Shown here piece after piece: positions 39,766 through 50,551 of a stretch of 64,000 nucleotides of DNA. Position 1 is the first letter of the stretch; every line of letters starts with the position of its first letter. The notes beneath the pieces are model-generated. The model searched no databases. It worked only from the letters and a program-made list of their open reading frames with translations, and had not been told where the DNA came from. The translations under genes were made by a program, and so were the position numbers. The stretch lies in NCBI GenBank assembly GCA_030390025.1, contig JASTWF010000035.1, positions 2,852,001 to 2,916,000 of the forward strand, read 5' to 3'. Source of the stretch: Squalus acanthias (taxonomy: Eukaryota).

Positions 39766-42300
39766 TGAATCATAGAATGGTAACAGCACAGAAGGAGGCC
39801 ATTCGGCCCGTCAAGCCCGTGCCAGCTCTCTGCAAGAGCACTTCAGCTAGTTCCACTCCCCCGCCCTTTCCCCGTAGCCCTGCAAATGTTTTTCCTTCAG
39901 GTACTTATTCAATTCCCATTTGAAAGCCATGATTGAATCTGCCTCCACCACCCTTTCGGGCAGTGCATTCCAGATCCTAATCACTCACTGCGTAAAAAAG
40001 TTTTTCCTCATGTCGCCTTTGGTTCTTCTGCCAATCACTATCAATTTGTATCCTACCAAAATGTATCACTTCGCAATTTTCTGCGTTAAATTTCATCTGT
40101 CACGTGTCCGTCCATTCCACCCGCCTGTCCATGTCCCCTTGAAGTCTTATCACTTCCAAGTTTTGTGTCATCTGCAAATTTTGAAATTGTACCCTGTACA
40201 CCCACGTCCAAGTCATTAATATATATCAAGAAAAGCAGTGGTCCTAGTACCGACCCCTGGGGAACACCACTGTATACCTTCCTCCAGTCCGAAAAATAAC
40301 CGTTCACCACTACTCTCTGTTTTCTGTCACTTAGCCAATTTCGTCTCCATGCTGCCACTGTCCCTTTTATTCCATGGGATTCAACTTTGCTGGCAAGCCA
40401 GTTATAGAGTCATAACGGCACAGAAGGAGGCCATTCAGCCCATCGAGTCCGTGCCGGCTCTCTGTAGAGCAATCCAGTCAGTCCCATTCCCCCGCCCTAC
40501 CCCGTAGCCCTGCAAGTTTATTTCCCTCAAGTGCCTATCCAGTCTCCCCTTGAAAACATTGAGTGTCTCCGCTTCCACCACTTCCGCGGGCAGCGAGTTG
40601 CAGGTCCTCACCACTCGATGCATAAAAATGTTTTTCCTCACGTCCCCCCTGTATCTCTTGCCCAAAACCTTAAATCTGTGTCCCCTAGTCCTTGTACCAT
40701 CAACTAGTGGGAACAGCCTTTCCCTGTCCCTGTCTAGCCCATCCAAACCCGTCATAATCTTGTACACCTCCATCAAATCACCCCTCAACCTCCTTTGCTC
40801 TAATGAAAACAAATCCAGCTTCTCCAACCTGTCCTTGTAGCTAAGATCCCCCATCCCTGGAACCATTCTGGTAAATCTCCTCTGCACCCTCTCAAGGGCC
40901 TTCACATCTTTCCTAAAGTGTGGTGACCAGAACTGGATGCAATACTCCAGTTGTGGCCTAACCAGCGCTTTATAAAGGTTCAGCATAACTTCTCTACTTT
41001 TGTACTCAATACCTCTATTTATGAAGCCCAAGATCCCATATGCTTTGCTAACCACTCTCTCAATATGTCCCGCCACCTTCAGGGATCTATGGACATTAAC
41101 TCCCAGGTCCCTCTGTCCCTGCACACTCTTTAAAACTGTGCCATTAAGTGTATATTACCTCTCCCTGATCCTTCTGCCAAAATGCATCACCTCACACTTC
41201 TCTGTATTAAATTCCATCTGCCACTTGTCTGCCCATTCTGCTAGCCTTTCTATGTCCTGTTGCAGTCGATTGGTATCATCCTCACTGTTTGCCACACCCC
41301 CAAGTTTGGTGTCATCGGCAAATTTAGAAATTCTACTCTGCATTCCAATATCCAGGTCATTTATATATATCAAAAAAACCAGTGGCCCCAGCACTGACCC
41401 TTGGGGAACACCACTGTCTACCATCCTCCAGTCTGAAAAACAGCCATTTACCACAACTCGCTGTTTTCTGTCCTTAAGTCAATTCCTTATCCAAGCTGCC
41501 ACTGACCCACCTATTCCATGAGCCCTTTATGTGGCACTTTATCAAACGCCTTTTGGAAATCCTTGTACACCACATCAAATGCATTGCCCTCATCAACCCT
41601 CTCTGTTACCTCATCAAAAAACTCAATCAAGTTAGTTAAACATGATTTGTCTTGAATAAATCCGTGCTTGCTTTCCTTAATTAATCCGTACTTGTCCAAG
41701 TGACTGTTAATTTTGTCCCGGATTATCATTTCTAAAAGCTTCACCACCACCGAGGTTAAACTGACTGGCCTGTAGTTGCTGGGTTTATCCTTACACCCTT
41801 TTTTGAACAAGGGTGTAACATTTGCAATTCTCTCATCCTCTGGCACCACCCCCGTATCTAAGGAGGATTGGAAGATTATGGCCAGTGCCTCTGCAATTTC
41901 CATTTTTACTTCCCTCAGCATCCGAGGATGCATCCCATCCAGTCCTAGTGACTTATCTACTTTAAGTACAGACAGCCTTTCTAGTACCTCCTCTTGATCA
42001 ATTTTTATCCCATCCAGTATCTCAACTACCTCCTCTTTCACTATGACTTTGGCAGAATCTTCTTCCTTGGTGAAGATAGATGCAAAGTACTCATTTAGCA
42101 CCTCAGCCATACCCTCTGCCTCCATGCGTAGGTCTCCATTTTGGTTCCTACTCAGCCCCACCCTTCCTCTTACTACCCGTTTACTATTTATATGCCTATA
42201 GAAGACTTTTGGATTCCTTTTATGTTAGCTGCCAGTCTATTCTCATACTCTCTCTTTGCCCCTCTTATTTCCTTTTTCACTTCCCCTCTGAACTTTCTAA
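39766..42300 (-). mobile_element. CR1 LINE RT region with deletions (~39766-40400 and ~41524-42300), interrupted by another CR1
   Basis: ORF 40086-40358 ([15 protein letters not shown]) and ORF 41511-42161 (NYRPVSLTS, DFQKAFDKVPH), with 3' tail at 39766. Confidence 0.9.
40401..41523 (-). mobile_element. 5'-truncated CR1 LINE, near-identical to 50552-51663
   Basis: ORFs 41155-41454 and 40435-41124 (RT C-terminal half). 3' tail CATAACGGCACAGAAGGAGGCCATTC. Confidence 0.95.
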
Positions 42301-42559
42301 ACTGAAAATCTGGAACACTCTCCCCCAAAAAGCTGTTGAGGCTGGGGGTCAATTGAAAATTTAATAACTGAGATTGATAGATTTTTGTTTGGCAAGTGTA
42401 TTAAGAGTTATAGAACCAAGGCAGGTAAATGGAGTTAAGATACAGATGAGCCATGATCTAATTGAATGGCAGAACAGGCTCGAAGGGATGAATGGCCACC
42501 TTCTGTTCCTATGTTCCACTTGTCACATCCCGCCAATCGGAGTACATGCCCTTTATCCC

Positions 42560-43510
42560 CACTCTCTATCTCCTACCTCCCAAGCAATCTCCAATCCAGG
42601 CTGCAAGGTTACCTCCAATTCTGTGCGCCTTCATTTTTGCTAATAATCTCGTGTGGAACCTTATCAGATGCCTTCAGGAAGTTGATATCGATAACATCCA
42701 TGGACACTCCCTTGTCCATCATGTTAGTAACCTCCTCAAAAAATTCAACTGGATTAGTTCAGAAATGACTTCCCCTTAACAAAGCCATGCTGACCCTGAT
42801 CAGCTCAATTTGACCAAGTGCTCAATTACTCAGTCCCTAATGACAGATTCTACAACTGACATTAGACTGATGGGTCTGTAGTTACCTGGTTTCTCTCTCC
42901 CACCCTTCTGAAATAATGGAATGGCATGAGCACATTTCCAATCCAATGCCACAATTCCCGAATCCCCAGAGCTTTGAAACATACTTACTAATGCATCTAT
43001 AATTTTCTCACCTACTTCTTTTAATATTCAGGTGGAAACCATCAGGTCCTGGATATTTGTCTAACTTAGCTCTCAAAATTTTCTCCATTACCATTTTTAG
43101 TTATATTAAATGTAATAAGCTCCTCCTCTTGATTTATTTATAAGAACATAAGAAATAGGAGCAGGAGTAGGCCAATCGGCCCCTCGAGCCTGCTCCGCCA
43201 TTCTATAAGATCATGGCTGATCTGATCCTAACCTCAAATCTAAAGAACACAAGAAGTAGGAGCAGGACCCGGCCACTCAGCCCCTGGGCCCACTACGCCA
43301 CCCACAGGGCCTCGACCGATCCGAACTCAGCCTCATGTCCAATTTCCTGCCTGCTCCCCGTAACCCCTAATTCCCTTTACTTCTAGGAAACTGTCTATTT
43401 CTGTTTTAAATTTATTTATGTTTCCCTTGTACCGCTGGTATTTTATGCACTTCTTCCACAGCGAAGATGAATGGAAAGTACTCATTTAACAATCTGCCAT
43501 TTCCTTATCA
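42560..43510 (-). mobile_element. Old degenerate CR1 RT fragment containing a short younger CR1 tail insertion at ~43138-43420
   Basis: Reverse complement of KASDKVPH and EFFEEVT remnants. The inserted piece begins TAAGAACATAAGAAATAGGAGCAGGAGTAGGCC. Confidence 0.75.
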
Positions 43511-43514
43511 GCAC

Positions 43515-44282
43515 AGAATCATAGAATGATACAGCACAGAAGGAAAATATTCAGCCCATCATGCCTTTGCCGGCTCCTTGAAAGCTATCTAATTAGTCCC
43601 ACTCCCCTGCTCTTTCCCCATAGCCCTACAAATTTTTCTTTTTCAAGCATTTTAACAGCCTTCCCAACTTGTCCTGCCACCTTTAAAGACTTGTGTCTGT
43701 TCCTGCACCCCCTTTAAAATTATACCATTTCGTTATTTTGCCTTTCCTCATTCTTCCTAGCAAAATGAATCACTTCACACTTCTCTGCATTAAATTTCAT
43801 CTGTCACGTCTGTGTATTTCTTCAGTTTGTCTCTGTCCTCTTGAAGTCTGTTACTATCCTCCTCATTGTTTACTACATTTCTGAGTTTTGCATCATCTAC
43901 AAACTTTGAAATGATGCTCTGTATACCCAGTTCATTAACATATATCAGAAAGAGCAGTGGTCCTAATACCGACCCCTGGGGGAACACCACTGTAAACTTC
44001 CCTCCATTGTGAAAAACAAGCGTTCACCACTGCTCTCTGCTTTCTGTCCCTCAGACAATTTTGTATCCACGCAGCCACTGGCCCTTTAATCCCATGGGTT
44101 TCAATTTTACAAACAAGTCTATTATGTGGCACTTTATCAAACGCCTTTTGAAATTCCATATACACCACGTCAACCTCATGAACCCTCTCAATTACTTCAT
44201 CAAAGAACTCAATCAAGTTAGGCAGACATGATTTGCCTTTAACAAATTTGTGCTAGCTTTACTTTATTAACCAATATATTTC
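43515..44282 (-). mobile_element. CR1 LINE RT and 3' fragment with internal deletions
   Basis: ORFs 43935-44216 and 43790-43990 ([18 protein letters not shown]). Tail AGAATCATAGAA. Confidence 0.9.
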
Positions 44283-44284
44283 AC

Positions 44285-45105
44285 AGAATCATAGAAACTT
44301 GCAGCACAGAAGGAGGCCATTCGGTCGTTGTGCCTGTGCTGGCTCTTTGAAAGAGCAGTCGTGCTTAGTCCCATTCCATGGCTTTGTGTCCGTAACCCTG
44401 TACGTTCCTCATCCTCAAGTACCTGTCCAACTCACTTTTAAAATTATTGATGGAAGAATCAGCTTCCACCACCTTTTCAGGTCGAGCATTCCTGATCCCG
44501 ACAATTCTCTGTTAGAAAACATTTCTCTTCATCTCCCCTCTAGATCTTTTCCAACGATTTTGAATCTATGACCTCTGGTTATTGACCTACTCGCCAGAGG
44601 AAATACTTTCTCCCTATTTACTCGATCAAATTCTCTCATCATCTTGAAAACCTCTATTAGGTCACCTCTTAACCTTCACCGTTCCAAGGAGAACAGTCCT
44701 AACTTTTCCAGCCTCTCCTCATAATTGAAGTCCCTCATCCCTGGTAACATCCTGGTAAACCTCCTCTGTACCCTTTCTTAGGCCTTTATATCTTTCCTGA
44801 CGTGTGGTGCCCAGAATTGTCCACAATACTCCAGCTGAGGCCTAGCCAGTGATTTAGAAAGTTTCAGCATGATCTCTTTGCTTTTATATTCTATGCCTCT
44901 ATTTATAAACCCAACGAACACATATGCTTTTTTCACCACCTTATCAAATTACCCCACCACCTTTTAGGATTTGTGTATATGGACACCAAGGTCTCTCTGC
45001 TCATCTACACCTTTTCAAAATCGTGCCATTTATAGTACACTGTCTTTCCATATTAGTCCTCCCAAAGTGCATCACTTCACACCTCTCTGCATTGAACTCC
45101 GTCAG
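44285..45105 (-). mobile_element. CR1 LINE 3' fragment
   Basis: Tail AGAATCATAGAAACTTGCAGCACAGAAGGAGGCCATTCGG and the reverse complement of the RPQLEYCGQFW region. Confidence 0.88.
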
Positions 45106-45558
45106 TTTTTGTAATTTTCAGGCAAATTGCAGAAAGATGCAAGAACCTTATAGTGATAATGGGGGACTTCAATTATCCTATAATATAATATATCCTTATT
45201 CTTAATAAGCCTCCTGTGTGACACTTTGTCGAATGCCTTCTGAAAGTCCATTTATACAAAATTTTCCAAATACCAATTAATTTTGACCGAGATTATTGTC
45301 TAAAAGTTTCCCCACCACCGATGTTAAGCTGATTGGCCTGTAATTGCTGGGTTTATCCCTCTCACCTTTTTTGAACAGGGGTGTATTATTTGCAATGCTC
45401 CAGTCCTCTGGTGCCACTCCCATATCTAAGGAGGATTGTAAGATTGTGGCCAGAGCCTCCGCAAATTCCACCCTTACTTCCCTCAGCAACCTAGCATGCA
45501 TCCCATCCGGACCAGGTGACCTTTCCACTTTCAGCACTGCCAACCTTTTGCTATCCTA

Positions 45559-45931
45559 GGGGTACAGTAGCATAGTGGTAATGTTACTGGACTAGTAATC
45601 TAGAGGCCTGGACTAATGATCCAGAGACTGTGAGTTCAAATCCCATCATGACAGCTGGGGAATTCAAATTCAGTTAATTAAATAAATCTAGAATAAAAAG
45701 CTAGTTTCAGTAATGATGACTGGATTGTTGTATAAAACCCCCCATCTGGTTCACTGATGTCCTCCAGATAAGGAAATCTGCAATGTGGTTGACTCTTAAC
45801 TGCCTGCTGAAATGGCCTAGCAAGTCACTCAGTTGTATTCAAGAAGGGGGCTCACCACCAGTGCAATTAAGGATGGGCAATAAATGCTGACCTTGCTAGT
45901 GACACCTACATCCCGTGAATGAATGAAAAAA
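45559..45931 (+). mobile_element. tRNA-derived SINE with a LINE-derived 3' tail
   Basis: A-box-like TAGCATAGTGG (45568) and B-box-like GAGTTCAAATC (45632). Tail TTCAAGAAGG...GGATGGGCAATAAATGCTG...CATCCCGTGAATGAATGAAAAAA is shared with the LINE at 53392-54433. Confidence 0.85.
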
Positions 45932-46179
45932 GTCTTTATTTTTATCCTATCCAATTTCTTTACTACCTCCTCCTTTACTGTGACATTGCCAGCTTCCTCT
46001 TCTTTAGTGAAGACAGGGGTGTAACATTTACAACCCTCCAGTCCTATGGCACCATTCCCATATTTAAGGAAGATTGTGGCTAGAGCCACCGCAATCTTCA
46101 CCCTCAGTAATCTAGGATGCATCCCATCCAGACGTAGTGACTTTTCTACTTTGAGCTCTGCCAAGCTTTTAAGTAACTA

Positions 46180-47061
46180 GGGGGAGAAATTCAGTATCGC
46201 CCCATTTGGGGCGCAATTATCGGCCGGGCGCAAAGATTAGCGCCTGGCGCTAATTATCGCCACCGACTGCAAACTTGACTTTTATCACCCCTGTAGGTGA
46301 TTGCAGTGCTATATCAGGCGCTTCACACCTGTCTTAAGGCGCAAATGCCGAGGAGCGAGGCGCTACCTCAGAGCGCTGGCAAAGCTCATGTAATGTCAGT
46401 CAGCAATGGAACACACACACAATGGCACGGGCCAGTTCTTAAAGGGGATGATTAATCTTGCTTTCCATCCACATCCTGCTCATTGCAGCCTTGAATCTCG
46501 GCCTGGAGAGACCTGCACATCAAATGTGCTGGAAAGAACAATGGAGAGTACCAGGCAAAGAGCTCAGAGTGCAACCCCTACAGTCTCTGCTAAATCGATA
46601 CAAGGAATGGCAAATCAAAATGAACCTGCAAAGTGCTGCTCAGTACCCAAAACTCCTTCACACAATGTTGAATCTCTCCAGAAGTCTCTCCCTCTCTCTC
46701 TCAGAATGCGTAGTTCAAAAATGGCACCAACAATAAAAGGCAGGAAGCGGTCACCTTTAAATAGCGCTCCCCCTTTCCCTTCATGACTGCAGAACGCTCC
46801 CCTCAACCTGTCGTTGCTAGCGTCAGGCGGTAAGGCAGGGGGCGCCACTCAATATCCGCTCCGGGGCGTTGCGCACTCGAGTGACGTCATGATCTGCCAG
46901 CGCAGGAGATCGTGGCGGTAGTGTTTAGCACCGCCGCAAAATGTCTAGTTAATTTCGCGAGCGGCGCAAACTTCACTGCGCCTGGGCGCTAGATGCTTTG
47001 CGCCCCATTAGCGCCCGCTTAAGGCGCTAACGGGAGGCGCAACCAACTGAATTTTTCCCCC
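46180..47061. mobile_element. Non-autonomous TIR DNA transposon (882 bp), PIF/Harbinger-like
   Basis: 16-bp TIR GGGGGAGAAATTCAGT / ACTGAATTTTTCCCCC (1 mismatch) and 3-bp TSD CTA at 46177-46179 and 47062-47064. GGCGC/GCGCC-rich subterminal regions. Interrupts a CR1. Confidence 0.88.
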
Positions 47062-47790
47062 CTACTCTTTATCTATTTTTATCCCAAACAATTTCTCTAC
47101 CCCCTCCTCCTTTACTGTGACATTGGCAGCATCCTCTTCTTTTGTGAAGACAGATACAAAGTATTCATTTAGTCCCTCAGCCATGCCCTCTGCCTCCACA
47201 AGAATATCCCATTTGTGGTCCCTAATTGGGCCCACTCTTCCTTAGACTGCACATTTACTCTTTATGCTTGTAAAAGACTTTTGGGTTCCCTTTTATGTTA
47301 CCCGCTAATCTGTTCTCATACACTCTCTTTCCCTACCTTATTTAGTTTTCATTTGTCCTCTGTACTTTTTGTATTCAGCTACTGAGTTATGAACCCAACA
47401 TTTATCGTAAGCCTCCTTTTTCTATTTTTTTACTTATCCAGGGACCTCTGGCTTTGGATGCCCTTCCTTTCCCCCTTGTGGAAATGTGTCTAGTCTGTAC
47501 CCAAACTTGCTCCTCTTTGAAGGCCTCCCATTGCTTATTTACTGTTTTACCTCCCAATCGTTGATTCCAATCTACCTGGGCCAGATCACCTTTCAACTCA
47601 CTGAAATTAGCCCACTTCCAGTTGAGTATTTTCACATTTTATTTTTTTCATGTCCTTTTCCATGACTACTCTAAACCTAATGATATTATGATCACTGTTC
47701 CCCAAATGCTCCCCCACTGAGACATGCTCCACTTTCCTCACTTCATCTCCCAGAACTAGATCCAGCATTGCTTCCTTCCTCATTGGGCTA

Positions 47791-48136
47791 ACATAGAAAC
47801 ATAGAAGATAGGAGCAGGAGTAGGCCATTCAGCCCCTCGAGCCTGCTCCGCCATTCGATGAGATCATGGCTGATCATCCAAACTCAGTACCCTGTACCTG
47901 CCTTCTCCCCATATCCCTTGATACCTTTAGCTTTAAGAAATATATCTAACTCATTCTTGAATATATTTAATGACTTGGCCTCAACTACCTTCTGTGGTAG
48001 AGAATTCCACAGGTTCACCACTCTCTGGGTGATGAAATTCTTCCTCATTTCTGTCCTAAATGGCTTACCCCTTATCCTTAGATTATGACCCCTGGTTCTG
48101 GACTCTCCGACCATCGGGAACATTCTTCCTGCATCT
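47791..48136 (-). mobile_element. Short 5'-truncated young CR1, near-identical to 56021-56366
   Basis: Same tail and C-terminus (KGIKGYGEKAGTGY*), flanked by GCTA on both sides. Confidence 0.93.
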
Positions 48137-48250
48137 GCTAGAAACACACTGATCAAGAAAGTTCTCTTGTACACATTTCAGGAATTCCTCCCCCTCTTTG
48201 TCCTTTAAACTTTTATTTTCCCAGTCTATGTTAGGATAATTGAAGTCATA

Positions 48251-50549
48251 GGCTGGATTTTACCAGCCCTGAGAAGGCAGGTTTGGAGGCGGGACTGCTG
48301 GAAAAATGGGAAAAATTGAGAGCGGGTCCCAACCCCGCTCCCAACCCACCTCTGAACCATCTTCCCGGGAGGCGAGTCTTCATCTCCTAGCGGCGGGAAG
48401 GGGATTAGAGCCAATTAACTGCCTGTTAACAGGTAGTTAACGTCAGTTAAGAGGCTTTTCCCCATTTTCAGCCTGCTGATGCGGCCTTCCCGATGGTGGG
48501 AAACCCCGCCAGGGTCAGCGAGGCGAGCTGTGGGTCTGCTGCAGTGTAAGTGTGCAAATGACAGCTGCAGAGGAAGTGCGATGGGTGCAATGGTGCACAG
48601 GTAAGTATGACAGGTGAGAGAATGTAGTGAGAAATATTTTTATTCTGTTTATATGTTTTTGCAGGTGACAAGATTTGATGTTTCTGTGAAGCCTCATCTG
48701 ATCGGGAGAATTGACAGATGGCTTCTGCAATTTCACATGCAGCTGCCATCCGTTTTCTCCTAAGGAGAGAGTCATTGGGACTGCTAATGTGGTACCCTTG
48801 TCTAAAAAGGGAGAAAAGACAGCCGAGTAATTACAGGCCAGTCAGCCTAACCTCGGTGGTGGGAAAATTTTTGGAAAGAATTCTGAAGGACAGGATAAAT
48901 CTTCATTTAGAAAGGCTCGGATTAATCAAGGATAGTCAGCACGGATTTGTTAAGGGAAGGTCGTGTCTGACAAACTTGATTGAATTTTTTGAGGAGGTAA
49001 CAAGGAGGGTAGATGAGGGTAGTGCGTTTGATGTAGTGTATATGGACTTTAGCAAGGCTTTTGATAAGGTTCCACATGGCAGACTGGTCACGAAGTTAAA
49101 AGCCCATGGGATCCAGGGCAAAGTGTCAAGTTGGATTCAAAACTGGCTCGGAGACAGGAAGCAGAGGGTAATGGTTGATGGGTGTTTTGGTGACTGGAAG
49201 GCTGTTTCCAGTGGGGTTCCGCAGGGCTCAGTAATAGGTCCCTTGCTTTTTGTGGTATATATCAATGATCTAGACTTGAATATAGGGGGTATGATTAAGA
49301 AGTTTGCAGATTATACTAAAATCGGCTGTGTGGTTGATACTGAAGAAGGAAGCTGTAGACTGCAGGAAGATATCAATAAATTGGTCAGATGGGCATAACA
49401 GTGGCAAATGGAATTCAATCCGGAGAAGTGTGAGGTAATGCATTTGGGGGAGGCTAACAAGGAAAGGGAATACACATTAAATGGTAGGACACTGAGTAGT
49501 GTAGAGGAACAAAGGGACCTTGGAGTGCATGTCCACAGATCCCTGGAGGTAGCAGGCCAAGTAGATAAGGTGGTTAAGAAGGCATATGGAATGCTTGCCT
49601 TTATTAGCCGTGGCATAAAATACAAGAGCAGGGGGGTTATGCTTCAATTGTATAAAACACTAGTTAGGCCTCAGCTGGAGTACTGCGTGCAGTTCTGGTC
49701 ACCACATTACAGGAAAGATGTGAATGCACTAGAGAGGGTACAGAGGAGATTTACGAGGATGTTGCCGGGAGTAGAGAATCTTAGATATGAGGAAGACTGG
49801 GTAGGCTGGGTCTGTTTTCCTTGGAACAGAGGAGGCTGAGGGGAGACCTTATTGAGGTGTATAAAATTATGAGGGGCATAGATAAATTGGATAGAAAGGA
49901 CCTATTTCTCTTAGCAGAGGGGTCAAAAACCAGGGGGCACAGATTTAAAGTAATTGGGGGAAGGTTTAGAGGGGATTTGAGGGGATATTTCTTCACCCAG
50001 AGGGTTGTGGGGGTATGGAACTCACTGCCTGAAAGGGTGGTAGAGGCAGGAACCCTAACCACATTTAAAAAGTACTTGGATGTGCACTTGGGATGCTGTA
50101 ACCTGCAGGGCTATGGACCAAGAGCTGGGAAGTGGGATTAGGCTGGAAAGCTCTTTGTTGGCCGGCACGAACACAATGGGCTGAAATGGCCTCCTTCCGT
50201 GCTGTAACTTTCAATGATTCTATGATTGGTGAGTCTGGATGCAAGGGCTCAACTTTGGACAGTGATTGTCAGTGTTTGACAGCACCTCAATGCTGTCAAA
50301 CACTGACAATTCATCTCTCAAAAAATTATGGGGCCTGTCACTTCAACAAAACCAGCAGCTGAAGCGTCATGCACTGACGTCATCTGACACCGGCTTTCCC
50401 TTAATTGGCCGGCAATCCCGCAGGGCGGGCTTAACAAGGCCAATCAGGGAAAAGTAGTGTCAGGTCGTCAGACGTCACTGTAGGCGGGACTAGAACCTGG
50501 AAACCAGCAGTCCCACTCCCAACATGCCTCCTCAGTTAAGATCGCAGCC
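48251..50549. mobile_element. Degenerate TIR DNA element (Harbinger-like termini) split by a CR1 insertion
   Basis: Left end GGCTGGATTTTACC...CTGAGAAGGCAGGTTTGGAGGCGGGACTGCTGG matches the reverse complement of 50505-50549 (GGCTGCGATCTTAACTGAGGAGGCATGTTGGAGTGGGACTGCTGG). Confidence 0.65.
48764..50226 (+). mobile_element. 5'-truncated CR1 LINE, RT domain to 3' tail, disabled
   Basis: ORFs 48718, 49408 and 49821. FADD is mutated to FADY, with a premature TAA at 49396 and a frameshift near 49795. Tail TTCAATGATTCTATGATT. Confidence 0.95.
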
Positions 50550-50551
50550 AC

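Larger units (their letters stand above)
39297..42516 (+). mobile_element. CR1 3' fragment split in two (~39297-39765 and ~42301-42516) by nested minus-strand CR1s
   Basis: ORFs 39299 and 39484 (GMLAFISRGLEYK, RLRGDL) break at ...ACACAAAGCGTAATG and resume at IWNTLPQKAVEA, ending in a TTCCTATGTTC tail. Confidence 0.8.
45200..48250 (-). mobile_element. Fragmented CR1 ORF2 (APE end to RT start), interrupted by a SINE, a TIR element and a short CR1
   Basis: ORFs 45277-45543 (SPGPDG, NYRPISLTS), 47402-47635 and 47607-47828 (LDLVL, SDHN). The host sequence resumes on both sides of each insertion. Probably more than one copy. Confidence 0.8.

Noticed and set aside
46406..46848. ORFs inside the 882-bp TIR element as a transposase
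   Set aside because: Short, with no DDE or other recognisable motifs.
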